Origin: Syntrophothermus sp.
Lineage (GTDB): Bacteria > Bacillota > UBA5301 > JAMCQP01
NCBI GenBank assembly: GCA_050260975.1
Contig: JBLNCV010000193.1
Coordinates: 1 to 46,030, forward strand
Length of the DNA: 46,030 bases
Reading direction: 5' to 3'
The notes beneath the pieces were generated by a model, which ran no database searches, had not been told where the DNA came from, and worked only from the letters and a program-made list of their open reading frames with translations. The position numbers and the translations under genes are program-made. Positions within the stretch are counted from its first letter, which is position 1. Each line of letters begins with the position of its first letter. This document shows, piece after piece, positions 1-8,294 of the stretch.

Positions 1-248
1 GCGTAAAAGCCCATCAGCAAGGTGGCAAAGGCGGATGCGACGGCGGTAGCCACAAAGGCCGCATCCCGGTTCATCCCGGCGTCTTTTAAGATGTTGGGGT
101 TCACAAAAATGATGTAAGCCAGGGTGATGAAGGTCGTGACCCCGGCTAAGACCTCGGTCTTGACCGTAGTCTTGTTCTCCGAGAGTTTGAAGATCCGTTC
201 CAATAGGCCACTGCTTGGGTTGGTCCCCGTTTCCGGATCTGCTGACAT
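1..248 (-). CDS. Purine permease, NCS2 AzgA/PbuG-type, N-terminal fragment (continues past the window edge)
   Basis: Absent from the ORF track because it runs off the edge. Reverse translation from ATG at 248 gives MSADPETGTNPSSGLLERIFKLSENKTTVKTEVLAGVTTFITLAYIIFVNPNILKDAGMNRDAAFVATAVASAFATLLMGFY. The F.L.E..T.V.TE..AG.TTF.T.AYI..VNP.IL N-terminus is typical of guanine/hypoxanthine/adenine permeases. SD GAAGGGGTG lies 6-7 nt upstream. Confidence 0.8.
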   Translation of the reverse strand, partial: MSADPETGTNPSSGLLERIFKLSENKTTVKTEVLAGVTTFITLAYIIFVNPNILKDAGMNRDAAFVATAVASAFATLLMGFY

Positions 249-356
249 TTGATTCACCCCTTCTGAAATGTAGCTAAGGAGTCCATCTGTCTTGCTTGCT
301 CGACTACTTCAACTACTTTGCAACCTGTTGCCGGGAGCGCCACCCTTGAGCGCTGC

Positions 357-1280
357 TCACCCCTTTCCACGTTTGCTCGTCTGCGCGGCCTGGCCGCGGT
401 AACCAGCCTGGGCCAACGCCTCCAGCATTGCACGCTCAAAGAGCGCCGCCGCCACCATCTTCCGGTATTGGGCCGTCGCCCGGATATCCGTAATCGGATG
501 AATGTTTTCGGCAACCAGTTGGGCTGCCTCCCTGATGATCTTATGGGAAACCGGCTGGCCAATCAGAGCTTCTTCAGCCGCCTTGAGCCTCAACGGCGTG
601 GGCCCGACCGCTCCCAGCGCAATCCGGACCCGTTTGAAGGCCTCCCGGGCCTTTTCCACCTCCACGAAGACCGCCGCGCTGGCCACCGAGATCGCCTGGG
701 CATTTCGCTTGCCGAGCTTGTGGAAGGACGCCCCCTGCCCCGGTTGCGTCTGATCAAAGATAATCTCGCTTATGACCTCGTCCCCGGTGATGGCGGTCCG
801 CCCCGGGCCAAGAAAGAACTCCTCCAGAGGCAGAAATCTCTCCTGGCTGCGCCGGGCCAGCTTCACCCTGGCGCCCAAAACCATGAGCGCCGGCGCGGTA
901 TCCGCGGCGGGAGAGGCGTTGGCCAGATTCCCGCCGATCGTTCCCCGGTTGCGAATCTGCGGCGAGCCCACCACCCCCGCGGCCTGCGCCAGGATCCGCC
1001 CCTTTTCGGCCAGAACGGCGGATTTGGTGAGTTCGGTGTGGGTAACCAGGGCCCCGATCCGGACCCGACCGGCTTCTATAAGAAGGCCACGCATATTCTC
1101 CGCCCCCGACAGATCCACCACCGCCTTGGGCCGCAGCGCCCGCCGGTTGAGCCTGGGAACCAGATCTGTACCGCCGGCCAGAAGGTAGACCCCTTCCCGT
1201 TCACCCCTGTCCTGGTATACAGCCAGGATTGACAGCGCCTCTTCCAGGCTGGCGGGTTGGAGGTAGTCAAACTCAACCAT
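357..1280 (-). CDS. Molybdenum hydroxylase (xanthine dehydrogenase family), FAD-binding medium subunit
   Basis: 307 aa ORF. MVEFDYLQPASLEEALSIL, LLAGGTDLVPRLN and RNRGTIGGNLANASPAADTAP are hallmarks of CoxM/XdhB-type FAD-binding subunits. Confidence 0.9.
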   Translation of the reverse strand: MVEFDYLQPASLEEALSILAVYQDRGEREGVYLLAGGTDLVPRLNRRALRPKAVVDLSGAENMRGLLIEAGRVRIGALVTHTELTKSAVLAEKGRILAQAAGVVGSPQIRNRGTIGGNLANASPAADTAPALMVLGARVKLARRSQERFLPLEEFFLGPGRTAITGDEVISEIIFDQTQPGQGASFHKLGKRNAQAISVASAAVFVEVEKAREAFKRVRIALGAVGPTPLRLKAAEEALIGQPVSHKIIREAAQLVAENIHPITDIRATAQYRKMVAAALFERAMLEALAQAGYRGQAAQTSKRGKG

Positions 1281-1284
1281 CCCC

Positions 1285-2319
1285 TCACACCCCCTTTACG
1301 CCGAAAGCGTTGATTGCGCCGCATTTACCGGCCGTTTTTTCGGCCAGGGCCGCCAGGATCTTCTCCGGCGTGGCGGGCAGGTCGTAGATGCGCACCCCTA
1401 TCGCATCATAAATGGCATTGAGAATGGCAGGAGCAGCGGGAATCAGGGCCGGCTCGCCCACACCCTTGGCCCCATAAGGCCCGCTGGGCTCCTCACTTTC
1501 CACGATCACCGGCATAACCTCCGGCATATCCAGGGAGGTGGGAATCAGATAGGTAGCCATGGACGGGTTGGCAATCCGTCCCATGGCCAGTTGAACCTCC
1601 TCCATCAGGGCATAGCCCAAACCCATGGAAAATCCTCCGGCAATCTGCCCGTCCACGCTGGTGGGGTTCACCGCCCTGCCTACATCATGAGCGGCTACCA
1701 CCCGCAACACTTCCACCTTGCCGGTCTCGGTATCCACCTCCACCTCCACAATCTGGGTGGCAAAGGCATAGGGCCAGTAAGGAGCTCCCTGACCGGTTTC
1801 GGGATCCAGCGCGGTGGTATGAGTCATGGCCGTGCCTTCGCCTACCAGTCGCCTTCCCCGCAGCCGGGCCCAAAAAGCCGCTTCCGCTACAGGCAGGCTC
1901 TTTTGCGGGAAGCCCTTGACCATGATCCGGTGGTCTTTGAGCACCAGCCCATCAGCAGTGTTTACACCCAGTTCCCCGGCCGCCCACTCCAGAAGCGGCT
2001 GCTTCGCAGCCTGCGCCGCCTTTCGCACGGCGTTTCCGCCGATGTATGTCACCCTGGTTGCGGCGGTGGTTCCCGCATCCGGGGTTACATCGGTATCTCC
2101 GGTGATCACGGTGATCTCTTCCGGGGTCAAACCCAGCTCTTCCGCGGCGATCTGGGCGAAGATCGTGTTGGACCCCTGCCCGACATCCACCGCTCCTACC
2201 AGCACCGAGGCCGTGCCATCGTCGTGGATTTCCACAAAGGCACTGGCCGCATCCGGAAAGCCATTTCCGTAACCCGTGCCGTAAAGCATGCAGCCGATCC
2301 CGACTCCACGCTTTTTCAC
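1285..2319 (-). CDS. Molybdenum hydroxylase large subunit, C-terminal half encoded as a separate polypeptide
   Basis: 344 aa ORF. GQGSNTIFAQIAAEELG, AHDVGRAVNP, GGFSMGLGYALMEE and YGAKGVGEPALIPAAPAILNAIYDA match the second molybdopterin-binding domain of xanthine-dehydrogenase-family large subunits. The GTG start overlaps the stop of the upstream ORF (GTGA). Confidence 0.85.
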   Translation of the reverse strand: MKKRGVGIGCMLYGTGYGNGFPDAASAFVEIHDDGTASVLVGAVDVGQGSNTIFAQIAAEELGLTPEEITVITGDTDVTPDAGTTAATRVTYIGGNAVRKAAQAAKQPLLEWAAGELGVNTADGLVLKDHRIMVKGFPQKSLPVAEAAFWARLRGRRLVGEGTAMTHTTALDPETGQGAPYWPYAFATQIVEVEVDTETGKVEVLRVVAAHDVGRAVNPTSVDGQIAGGFSMGLGYALMEEVQLAMGRIANPSMATYLIPTSLDMPEVMPVIVESEEPSGPYGAKGVGEPALIPAAPAILNAIYDAIGVRIYDLPATPEKILAALAEKTAGKCGAINAFGVKGV

Positions 2320-3707
2320 CCCGAATCACGCCCCTTTTCCCCCGCCCTGGAACCTTCGCCCGGCGGGTCTGATGTGCCACGCCCGGCCACATTCAGCCTG
2401 AAAGCCTCCGCCGCCCGGCGCAGGGTCTCCTTAAGCCCGACGCTGGACTCCAGAAGCTGTCCTGTACCGGTCATCGAACCCACCTGCAAAGCATTGCGCA
2501 CCCGGATGGTAAAGGGATGAATACCCAGCGCCGCGGCAATCTCATCCATCTGGCCTTCGTAAGCGATCGCCGGCTGCGGCGCGCCGAACCCCCGCATAGC
2601 CCCTGCAAAAGGAATGTTGGTAAAGACCGCATAGGCATCAACGGCCACATTGGGAATTTCGTAAGGGCCGGTGGCATGCACAGCCGCCTTGCGCAAGATA
2701 TTGATCCCCCAGGAGGCATAGGCCCCGGTGTTCCCAATGATTGTGGCTTCCAGGGCGGTAAGCTTCCCGTCCTTTGTGGCCCCCGTCTTGTATTTCATGA
2801 TCATTGGATGCCGTTTGCAATGGGCTAAGACCGACTCTTCGCGGGAATAGACCATCTTCACCGGCCGCCGGGTCTTCCAGGCCAGAAGAGCCGCATGCCC
2901 CTGGAGGGTAAGATCTTCTCGGGCGCCGAAGGCCCCTCCGATGGCCGTGGCCACAATGCGAACCTGGTTCACCCCCACGCCGAGGATCCTGGCTACCGCC
3001 GTTCGATCATAGTGGGGGTATTGGGTCGCCACCTGGATCACCACATGCCCCCGTTCATCCACTCGAGCCACTGCTGCTTCGGGCTGCAAAAAAAGATGTT
3101 CCGTCATCTGGGTGGTGTACGTATTTTCGATGATTACATCGGCCCGAGCAAACCCCTTCTCCACGTCCCCCTTCCGGATCCGCTGGTGGTGCAGGATGTT
3201 TCCCGGCCAATCTTCGTGCAGCTGCGGCGCGCCTGGCTGCATGGCCGCTACCGGGTCGAAGATCGGCGTCAGTTCCTCATATTCCACCTGGATAAGCTCG
3301 ATTGCCTCCGCGGCCGCCTCCCGGCTCTCCGCTGCCACAACAGCGATGGGATCGGCGGCGGACTTTACAATTTTGTCCGCCAGAACCGGCTGGTCCTGGA
3401 AGAGGACCCCGTGGCTGTTCTCGCCGGGTACATCTTTTCCGGTCAAAACCGCGCAAACCCCGGGCACGTGGGCCGCCCGGCTGGTATCAATGCGCAGGAT
3501 CCTGGCATAAGGGTATTTGGACCGCAGGGTCATGCCGTAAAGCATATCCGGCAGGTAGATGTCCGCCGGATACCTGGCCTGACCGGTAACCTTGGCGATT
3601 CCATCAATGCGCCGGGCCGGCCGCCCCACCACACCAACGCCAGCGCCGGCACTTGCCGCTCTTCCGGAAACGCCGGCTGCGTCCCCTTTTGCTGCTTCAA
3701 CCGTCAT
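2316..3707 (-). CDS. Molybdenum hydroxylase large subunit, N-terminal half encoded as a separate polypeptide
   Basis: 463 aa ORF. RIDGIAKVTGQARYPADI, AIGGAFGAREDL, GNTGAYASWG and GAMRGFGAPQ are the a/b-hammerhead and first MoCo-binding domain motifs. The ATG overlaps the stop of the 2Fe-2S subunit gene (ATGA). Confidence 0.85.
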   Translation of the reverse strand: MTVEAAKGDAAGVSGRAASAGAGVGVVGRPARRIDGIAKVTGQARYPADIYLPDMLYGMTLRSKYPYARILRIDTSRAAHVPGVCAVLTGKDVPGENSHGVLFQDQPVLADKIVKSAADPIAVVAAESREAAAEAIELIQVEYEELTPIFDPVAAMQPGAPQLHEDWPGNILHHQRIRKGDVEKGFARADVIIENTYTTQMTEHLFLQPEAAVARVDERGHVVIQVATQYPHYDRTAVARILGVGVNQVRIVATAIGGAFGAREDLTLQGHAALLAWKTRRPVKMVYSREESVLAHCKRHPMIMKYKTGATKDGKLTALEATIIGNTGAYASWGINILRKAAVHATGPYEIPNVAVDAYAVFTNIPFAGAMRGFGAPQPAIAYEGQMDEIAAALGIHPFTIRVRNALQVGSMTGTGQLLESSVGLKETLRRAAEAFRLNVAGRGTSDPPGEGSRAGEKGRDSG

Positions 3708-4255
3708 TGCCCGACACCCCCTTTGCCGTCCGGGTTGAGGTCGCTTTGGGCATCCGCCCTGGATGCCAATGCGGCTGCCGCCGTCTTGCCAGCCACGCTC
3801 TCGATAGCGTCCACAATCTTGCTATAACCGGTACACCGGCAGAGGTTGCCTGAGATAGCCACCCGAATCTCCTCCCTGGTAGGCGCCGGGTTGGCATCCA
3901 TTAAGGCTTTGGCCGCCAGAACCATTCCAGGCGTACAATAACCACACTGAACGGCGCCGTGGTCCAAAAATGCCTGCTGGATCGGGTGTAATTCTTGTGT
4001 TGTCCCCACCCCCTCGATGGTGATGACTTCGTGTCCGGCGACCTCCATGGCCATCACCAGGCAGGAGTTTACCGGAGTGCCGTCCAAAAGGACGGTGCAA
4101 GCCCCGCAGTCGCCCTCCCCGCATCCCTCCTTGGTACCGGTCAACTGCAAAACATCGCGCAGGAGATCGATCAAGCGCAGGTTAGGGGGAATGGTAACCT
4201 GCACGTCCCGACCGTTGATCTTCACCTGTAAAAGGCGCTCGCCCTTTGTTTCCAT
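3704..4255 (-). CDS. Molybdenum hydroxylase small subunit, 2x[2Fe-2S]
   Basis: 183 aa ORF with CGEGDCGACTV, CGYCTPGM and CRCTGY cysteine clusters. Carries a roughly 30 aa Ala/Gly-rich C-terminal tail. Confidence 0.92.
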   Translation of the reverse strand: METKGERLLQVKINGRDVQVTIPPNLRLIDLLRDVLQLTGTKEGCGEGDCGACTVLLDGTPVNSCLVMAMEVAGHEVITIEGVGTTQELHPIQQAFLDHGAVQCGYCTPGMVLAAKALMDANPAPTREEIRVAISGNLCRCTGYSKIVDAIESVAGKTAAAALASRADAQSDLNPDGKGGVGQ

Positions 4256-5084
4256 TGGCGTTGACCCCCTTTAAGCCGTGTTGAGCGGCCACGATTGCCT
4301 CCAACACTCCTCCCCCGATAGCTCTGGCCTTATCGGAGATGGAAAAGCAATATGAACGTTCCCCTCTGGGATCGATGTCCCCCACCTTCATCCCTGCGGT
4401 AACCCTCAGGCCCTCGCGGAGGATCCCCCGGAGCACTCCGGAGATCTTCGCCTGTACCTCGACCTTTCCGGCACTCTCCACATAAGCAACCGGGTCTCCG
4501 GCCGCAACCCGATCCCCAATGGCCGCAACCGGCCTGAAGATCCCTTCCTGTGGCGCCCGCACCACCCGTTCCGCGGCAAAACCGCCGACTGGTTCAGGTA
4601 TCCCGGTATCCGGCTCGGCCTGCCCGTCCCAGATTACTTTGCCTAGATTGTGCCCTCGTCTGGTCTCCACCACCGCATGGACATCCAGACCGGCGGTAAA
4701 TCCCGGGCCGAGCCCAATCACCAGCGGAGCCTGATCCAATCGGGTGCCGAGGTTGCGTTTGGCCAAAATAGCATCTACCAATACCATTGGGGTAAGTTTT
4801 GCGATGCTTCGCCCCTCCGGATCCACCAGCACCGGTAGCATTTCCTGGGCCAGCGTCCGGAGCGCTTCGTCTACAGATCCGGCCAGCAGGGCGGTAACAC
4901 CCTCAACGGCCGCCCGTCCTTCATAGACCGCTTCCGCAAAGGCTACAGCACGCCGGATGACCGTCGGCTGAGGGAGCTCCAGAATAACCGCCCGAAAACC
5001 GGCGGACCACAAGCGATGCGCCACGCCACTGGCCAGATCCCCACCACCCCGGATGACCACCAATGGTGCTTGTTTTGCAGGCAA
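4182..5084 (-). CDS. yqeB: YqeB-family selenium-dependent molybdenum hydroxylase maturation protein (putative)
   Basis: 300 aa ORF with a TTG start preceded by GGGGTGG. The VVIRGGGDLASGVAHRL Rossmann-like N-terminus, the length and the overall pattern resemble YqeB/EF2563-type proteins as I recall them. It lies between xdhC and the hydroxylase genes. The 3' end overlaps the 2Fe-2S gene by 74 nt. Confidence 0.6.
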   Translation of the reverse strand: MPAKQAPLVVIRGGGDLASGVAHRLWSAGFRAVILELPQPTVIRRAVAFAEAVYEGRAAVEGVTALLAGSVDEALRTLAQEMLPVLVDPEGRSIAKLTPMVLVDAILAKRNLGTRLDQAPLVIGLGPGFTAGLDVHAVVETRRGHNLGKVIWDGQAEPDTGIPEPVGGFAAERVVRAPQEGIFRPVAAIGDRVAAGDPVAYVESAGKVEVQAKISGVLRGILREGLRVTAGMKVGDIDPRGERSYCFSISDKARAIGGGVLEAIVAAQHGLKGVNANGNKGRAPFTGEDQRSGRAGYHSP

Positions 5085-5165
5085 CCTTTCGCCACCCCGC
5101 TCTCCAGCCTCTCCGGGAATCTTGTATTCCGACTTCTCTAAGCCGCGGACGCTCTGACTCCCCGA

Positions 5166-5969
5166 TCACGCCTCCCGGCTTGCCGAAAGCATTCGCCCGG
5201 TCCCGCCGTTTCTGGCCATGATTATTTCCGCGATAATGCTTACCGCGATCTCCGCCGGAGTTTCGGCCTGAATATCCAGGCCTATCGGGGCGTGCACCCG
5301 CTTCAACATTGCGGGATCGATCCCCTTCTCCTCCAGATTGCGAAAGATCACCGCCACCTTTCGCCGGCTGCCCACCATTCCGATGTAACGGGCTTCCGAG
5401 CGTACCGCCCGCTCCAGTGCCGGCTCGTCGCTGTCCGGCGTGAGAATGACCACATATGAAGAGGAGTTCAACGCCATCTGGCCGTCGAAGGCATCCACAT
5501 ACCCGGCCCGCACAACCCGCACCCCGGCGGGGAAACGATCCTCCCGAGCAAACTCCGGCCTGGGGTCCACCACCGTCACCTCAAAATCCAGCATCGACCC
5601 CATCGCGGCCAATGGCGCCCCGATGTGCCCCGCACCAAGGATAATCAACCGGGGTGGGGGCGGGATCACCTCCACAAATAGTTCCGTCGTCCCACCGCAG
5701 TTCATGTGCAACCCACCCGGCTTGTTCTTGTCCAATTCGTACCGGAAGACCCGGGAAGAGCCCTCCTGGATGGCTTGCCGCGCATCCTGAACGGCGGCGG
5801 CCTCCACCGGCCCACCACCCACCGTCCCCCAGGTGCGGCCATCGGAAAGCACAATCATTTTAGCTCCGGTGTGGCGCGGGGTCGAGCCCCTGGCGCTGAT
5901 CACCGTCACCAGGGCCACGGTCTGGTTATCCTTTAGCAATTCCGTGACTTTTTGGAAGATGTCCAGCAC
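5166..5969 (-). CDS. xdhC: XdhC/CoxI-family molybdenum cofactor insertion chaperone
   Basis: LDIFQKVTELLKDNQTVALVTVISARGSTPRHTGAKM and GGGPVEAAA, followed by the Rossmann motif RLIILGAGHIGAPLA. Start placed at GTG 5969 (SD GAAGGTGG upstream) rather than at the ORF-track start 6119, which would overlap mocA. Confidence 0.8.
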   Translation of the reverse strand: MLDIFQKVTELLKDNQTVALVTVISARGSTPRHTGAKMIVLSDGRTWGTVGGGPVEAAAVQDARQAIQEGSSRVFRYELDKNKPGGLHMNCGGTTELFVEVIPPPPRLIILGAGHIGAPLAAMGSMLDFEVTVVDPRPEFAREDRFPAGVRVVRAGYVDAFDGQMALNSSSYVVILTPDSDEPALERAVRSEARYIGMVGSRRKVAVIFRNLEEKGIDPAMLKRVHAPIGLDIQAETPAEIAVSIIAEIIMARNGGTGRMLSASREA

Positions 5970-5979
5970 ACAACCACCT

Positions 5980-6594
5980 TCAACTTTCCCATCTCGCTCG
6001 CGCGGCCCGATAGTCTTCAAGGGTGTCAATGTCCACGCAGATTCCGGCAGAATGCGTTTCAAGCACAACCACATCTTCCGGATGTTTATCCAGCAGCACC
6101 TTCCCGCCTTGATCGCCATCCAGACGCATCAGTTCCGGGGCCCAACGCATGTCAAACAATACCGGGTTCCCCCGTACCCCGTGGTAACTCGGTACAATAA
6201 TAGAGCCCGCCCCCGAGCGGTATTCATCGATCAGGGCATCCAAAACCGCAGCCTCTACAAAAGGTTGGTCTCCAAGCACAAAGACCGCGGCGCTGGTTCG
6301 CGGCGGGACCGCGCGCAAGCCGGCGCGTACCGAAGTACTCAACCCTTTTGCGTAATCCGGGTTGTGCACCACAAAAACGCCGTTGGCCCGCCCAATTTCG
6401 GCCACCTCCCGGTGGCCGCAACCGGTTACCAGCAATGCCTCGCCCACTTGCGAAGCCAGAACCTGGCGGATCACCCATTCCACCATCGGCCTGCCGCCCA
6501 GAGGCATGAGAAGTTTCATCCGCGCCGGATACATACGCCGGGATCGGCCCGCCGCCAGGATTATGGCTGTAACCCCCGGAGTACGGCCCACCAA
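5980..6594 (-). CDS. mocA: MobA-like nucleotidyltransferase, probable molybdenum cofactor cytidylyltransferase
   Basis: 204 aa ORF. AIILAAGRSRRM, KLLMPLGGRPMV and VLGDQPFV are NTP_transf_3/MocA-type motifs. SD GAGGGGGTGG lies upstream of the TTG/GTG start. Confidence 0.75.
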   Translation of the reverse strand: MVGRTPGVTAIILAAGRSRRMYPARMKLLMPLGGRPMVEWVIRQVLASQVGEALLVTGCGHREVAEIGRANGVFVVHNPDYAKGLSTSVRAGLRAVPPRTSAAVFVLGDQPFVEAAVLDALIDEYRSGAGSIIVPSYHGVRGNPVLFDMRWAPELMRLDGDQGGKVLLDKHPEDVVVLETHSAGICVDIDTLEDYRAARARWES

Positions 6595-6609
6595 CCGATC
6601 GCCACCCCC

Positions 6610-7491
6610 TCATCGGATCGTTACCCATTCGATGACAGGATCCGGAAGGCCCACGTGACCCAAAAGAAATCCCTGGATATTGGTTTCCTGTATATTCTCC
6701 CGGCCGAAAAGCACGGCCCGGGCAAGTTCCCGTGCCGCCGCCAGGCCGGCCTCATCTTCCACTTTATTGATCAAAGGCACCACCGCCGCTCCAGGCGGCA
6801 CCCCCTTGCACAAGCCGTTCGGGTGCAGGAACAAGTCCACCAGGGCCTGTGCAGTAACCCTCTCCCCCCGTGACAATCCCGTCAATTGAGCCACCAGTTC
6901 CGGCCGGTGCACATAAGCCTCTGTAAGAGGCTTATCCCAGGCATCCCTTCCCAAAACCGGAATCACGAGCCCAGTCGAAGCGGGAATGACCGGTTCGTGC
7001 GGCCCCGGAGCCTTGAGCGGCCGCCCGCGGGCTCCATCGGCCTCCACCAGAATATACTTGACGTGGTGAAAGAGCGCTTGTGACAGACGGTCAATCCAAT
7101 CCGGCGGGATCCCGCGCAACTTGGGCCGGTCTTTGCCGCCATCGTGCAATCCCGCCGCCACCATGATCCGGAGAGCCCGCCTGGCAGCCTGCGCCTGAAC
7201 AACACCTCCGGCTAAGATCTCTTGCAGGGCTTGCAGAATCCGCCCTTCCAGCACCGGATACTCATCCGCCAACACCAGACGGTCCACTTCGCTGGCCCTG
7301 GGCGCAAACATGGCCGTGGTCGTGGTAAGCACCACCGGCCCGGCGACAGCCGCCAGTTCCGCCGCCAGCACATACAAAGCTGTGGTCTTCCCGCCCGCCC
7401 CGGTAAAGGATATAACCCGGCAAACATCCTGGCCCGAAGCCGCTCCAAATTGTTCGGGACCCAGCGCCTCGAGAGCATTAAAAAATTTCAT
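6610..7491 (-). CDS. yqeC: YqeC-family selenium-dependent hydroxylase accessory protein (putative)
   Basis: 293 aa ORF. ISFTGAGGKTTALYVLA (P-loop-like), VLTTTTAMF and ILVEADGARGRPLKAPGPHEPVIP match my recollection of the YqeC family. Confidence 0.7.
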   Translation of the reverse strand: MKFFNALEALGPEQFGAASGQDVCRVISFTGAGGKTTALYVLAAELAAVAGPVVLTTTTAMFAPRASEVDRLVLADEYPVLEGRILQALQEILAGGVVQAQAARRALRIMVAAGLHDGGKDRPKLRGIPPDWIDRLSQALFHHVKYILVEADGARGRPLKAPGPHEPVIPASTGLVIPVLGRDAWDKPLTEAYVHRPELVAQLTGLSRGERVTAQALVDLFLHPNGLCKGVPPGAAVVPLINKVEDEAGLAAARELARAVLFGRENIQETNIQGFLLGHVGLPDPVIEWVTIR

Positions 7492-7534
7492 GTCGAATTA
7501 CGAAAGATTCACAGATGAGCTTCGTGACACATTT

Positions 7535-8224
7535 TCACGGCACCAGCGCGAGCGGACGGATCGGGGAGGCTGTTCCTCCCTCGATCTTCATTATGGTGCA
7601 GATCTGCTGAAACCGCGGCGGCAACCGGTCCAGGTTGGTATAATTTTCCATAACCAGGATGTTACGCGGTTTGGCCCGCATCAAGGTGATGTGGGCCGGA
7701 AATCCCATGTCTTCCGGGTGGTCGAGGTTGATGGTGTCCGTCCCCACCGCCCGCACCCCGCGGTCCCGCAGGAGTTCGGCCCCCGCCTTGTCCAACCCGG
7801 GGTAGTTGTTCCGGTAGTAGTCCCAGTCGTTCCAGTACCTGGGCATGCCGGTGTAAAACAGGACAATGTCGTCCTCTTTGATCCGCTCGCCGGTCTTCTT
7901 CTCCCAGTAAAGAATCTCCTCAACCCCGAAGTGCTCCCCGCCCTTCTTATAGGAGACGTCAACCACCACGGTCTCCCCGATGAGGGCATCCGGCCGCACC
8001 TTCTCCAGGCTGACCCCTTCCGGGTTGAAATGCACCGGCGCATCCATGTGGGTGCCGGTATGCTCGCCGAGGATCAGGGCGTTGGAAACATAGCCGGTCG
8101 GGTTGCCGGCCGCGTCCCGGAAGTCTTCATAGGTCGTCCAGCGTTTCCGGATCGTCACCCGCGGGTACGCCAGAAAAACCGGCATATTTTCCGAGATGGT
8201 CTGGCCCAGGTCGATAAATTTCAT
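7535..8224 (-). CDS. Cyclase-family metal-dependent hydrolase (kynurenine formamidase / isatin hydrolase fold)
   Basis: Carries the HTGTHMDAPVHF (HxGTHxDxPxH) signature. Start placed at MKFIDLGQ (ATG 8224) behind SD GGAGGTGG. The ORF track begins at 8266. Confidence 0.8.
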   Translation of the reverse strand: MKFIDLGQTISENMPVFLAYPRVTIRKRWTTYEDFRDAAGNPTGYVSNALILGEHTGTHMDAPVHFNPEGVSLEKVRPDALIGETVVVDVSYKKGGEHFGVEEILYWEKKTGERIKEDDIVLFYTGMPRYWNDWDYYRNNYPGLDKAGAELLRDRGVRAVGTDTINLDHPEDMGFPAHITLMRAKPRNILVMENYTNLDRLPPRFQQICTIMKIEGGTASPIRPLALVP

Positions 8225-8294
8225 AATGCCACCTCCGAACTTCACCGCTTTTGATTGCAGATCCAACCGGCGATCCAGCGGCCGGAGCAGATTT

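Noticed and set aside
318-1232. Long plus-strand ORF (304 aa), representative of many long ORFs antisense to real genes. Others include 1591..2520, 2895..3827, 5833..6873, 7310..8254, 8448..9740, 14321..15349, 16859..17947, 36321..37160, 39941..40771 and 44469..45032.
   Set aside because: They are Arg/Pro/Gly-rich and low-complexity, with no family motifs. Each lies opposite an ORF with clear family signatures. Long shadow ORFs of this kind are expected in high-GC DNA.
1285-3707. Reading the split molybdenum hydroxylase as nicotinate dehydrogenase (NdhL/NdhM-like) and the locus as a nicotinate fermentation cluster.
   Set aside because: The subunit architecture matches, but the context is purine-specific: a purine riboswitch, an adenine-deaminase-family gene, a PbuG/AzgA-type permease and a formiminotransferase. 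None of the downstream nicotinate-pathway genes is present (6-hydroxynicotinate reductase, methyleneglutarate mutase, dimethylmalate lyase). Only biochemistry can exclude it fully.
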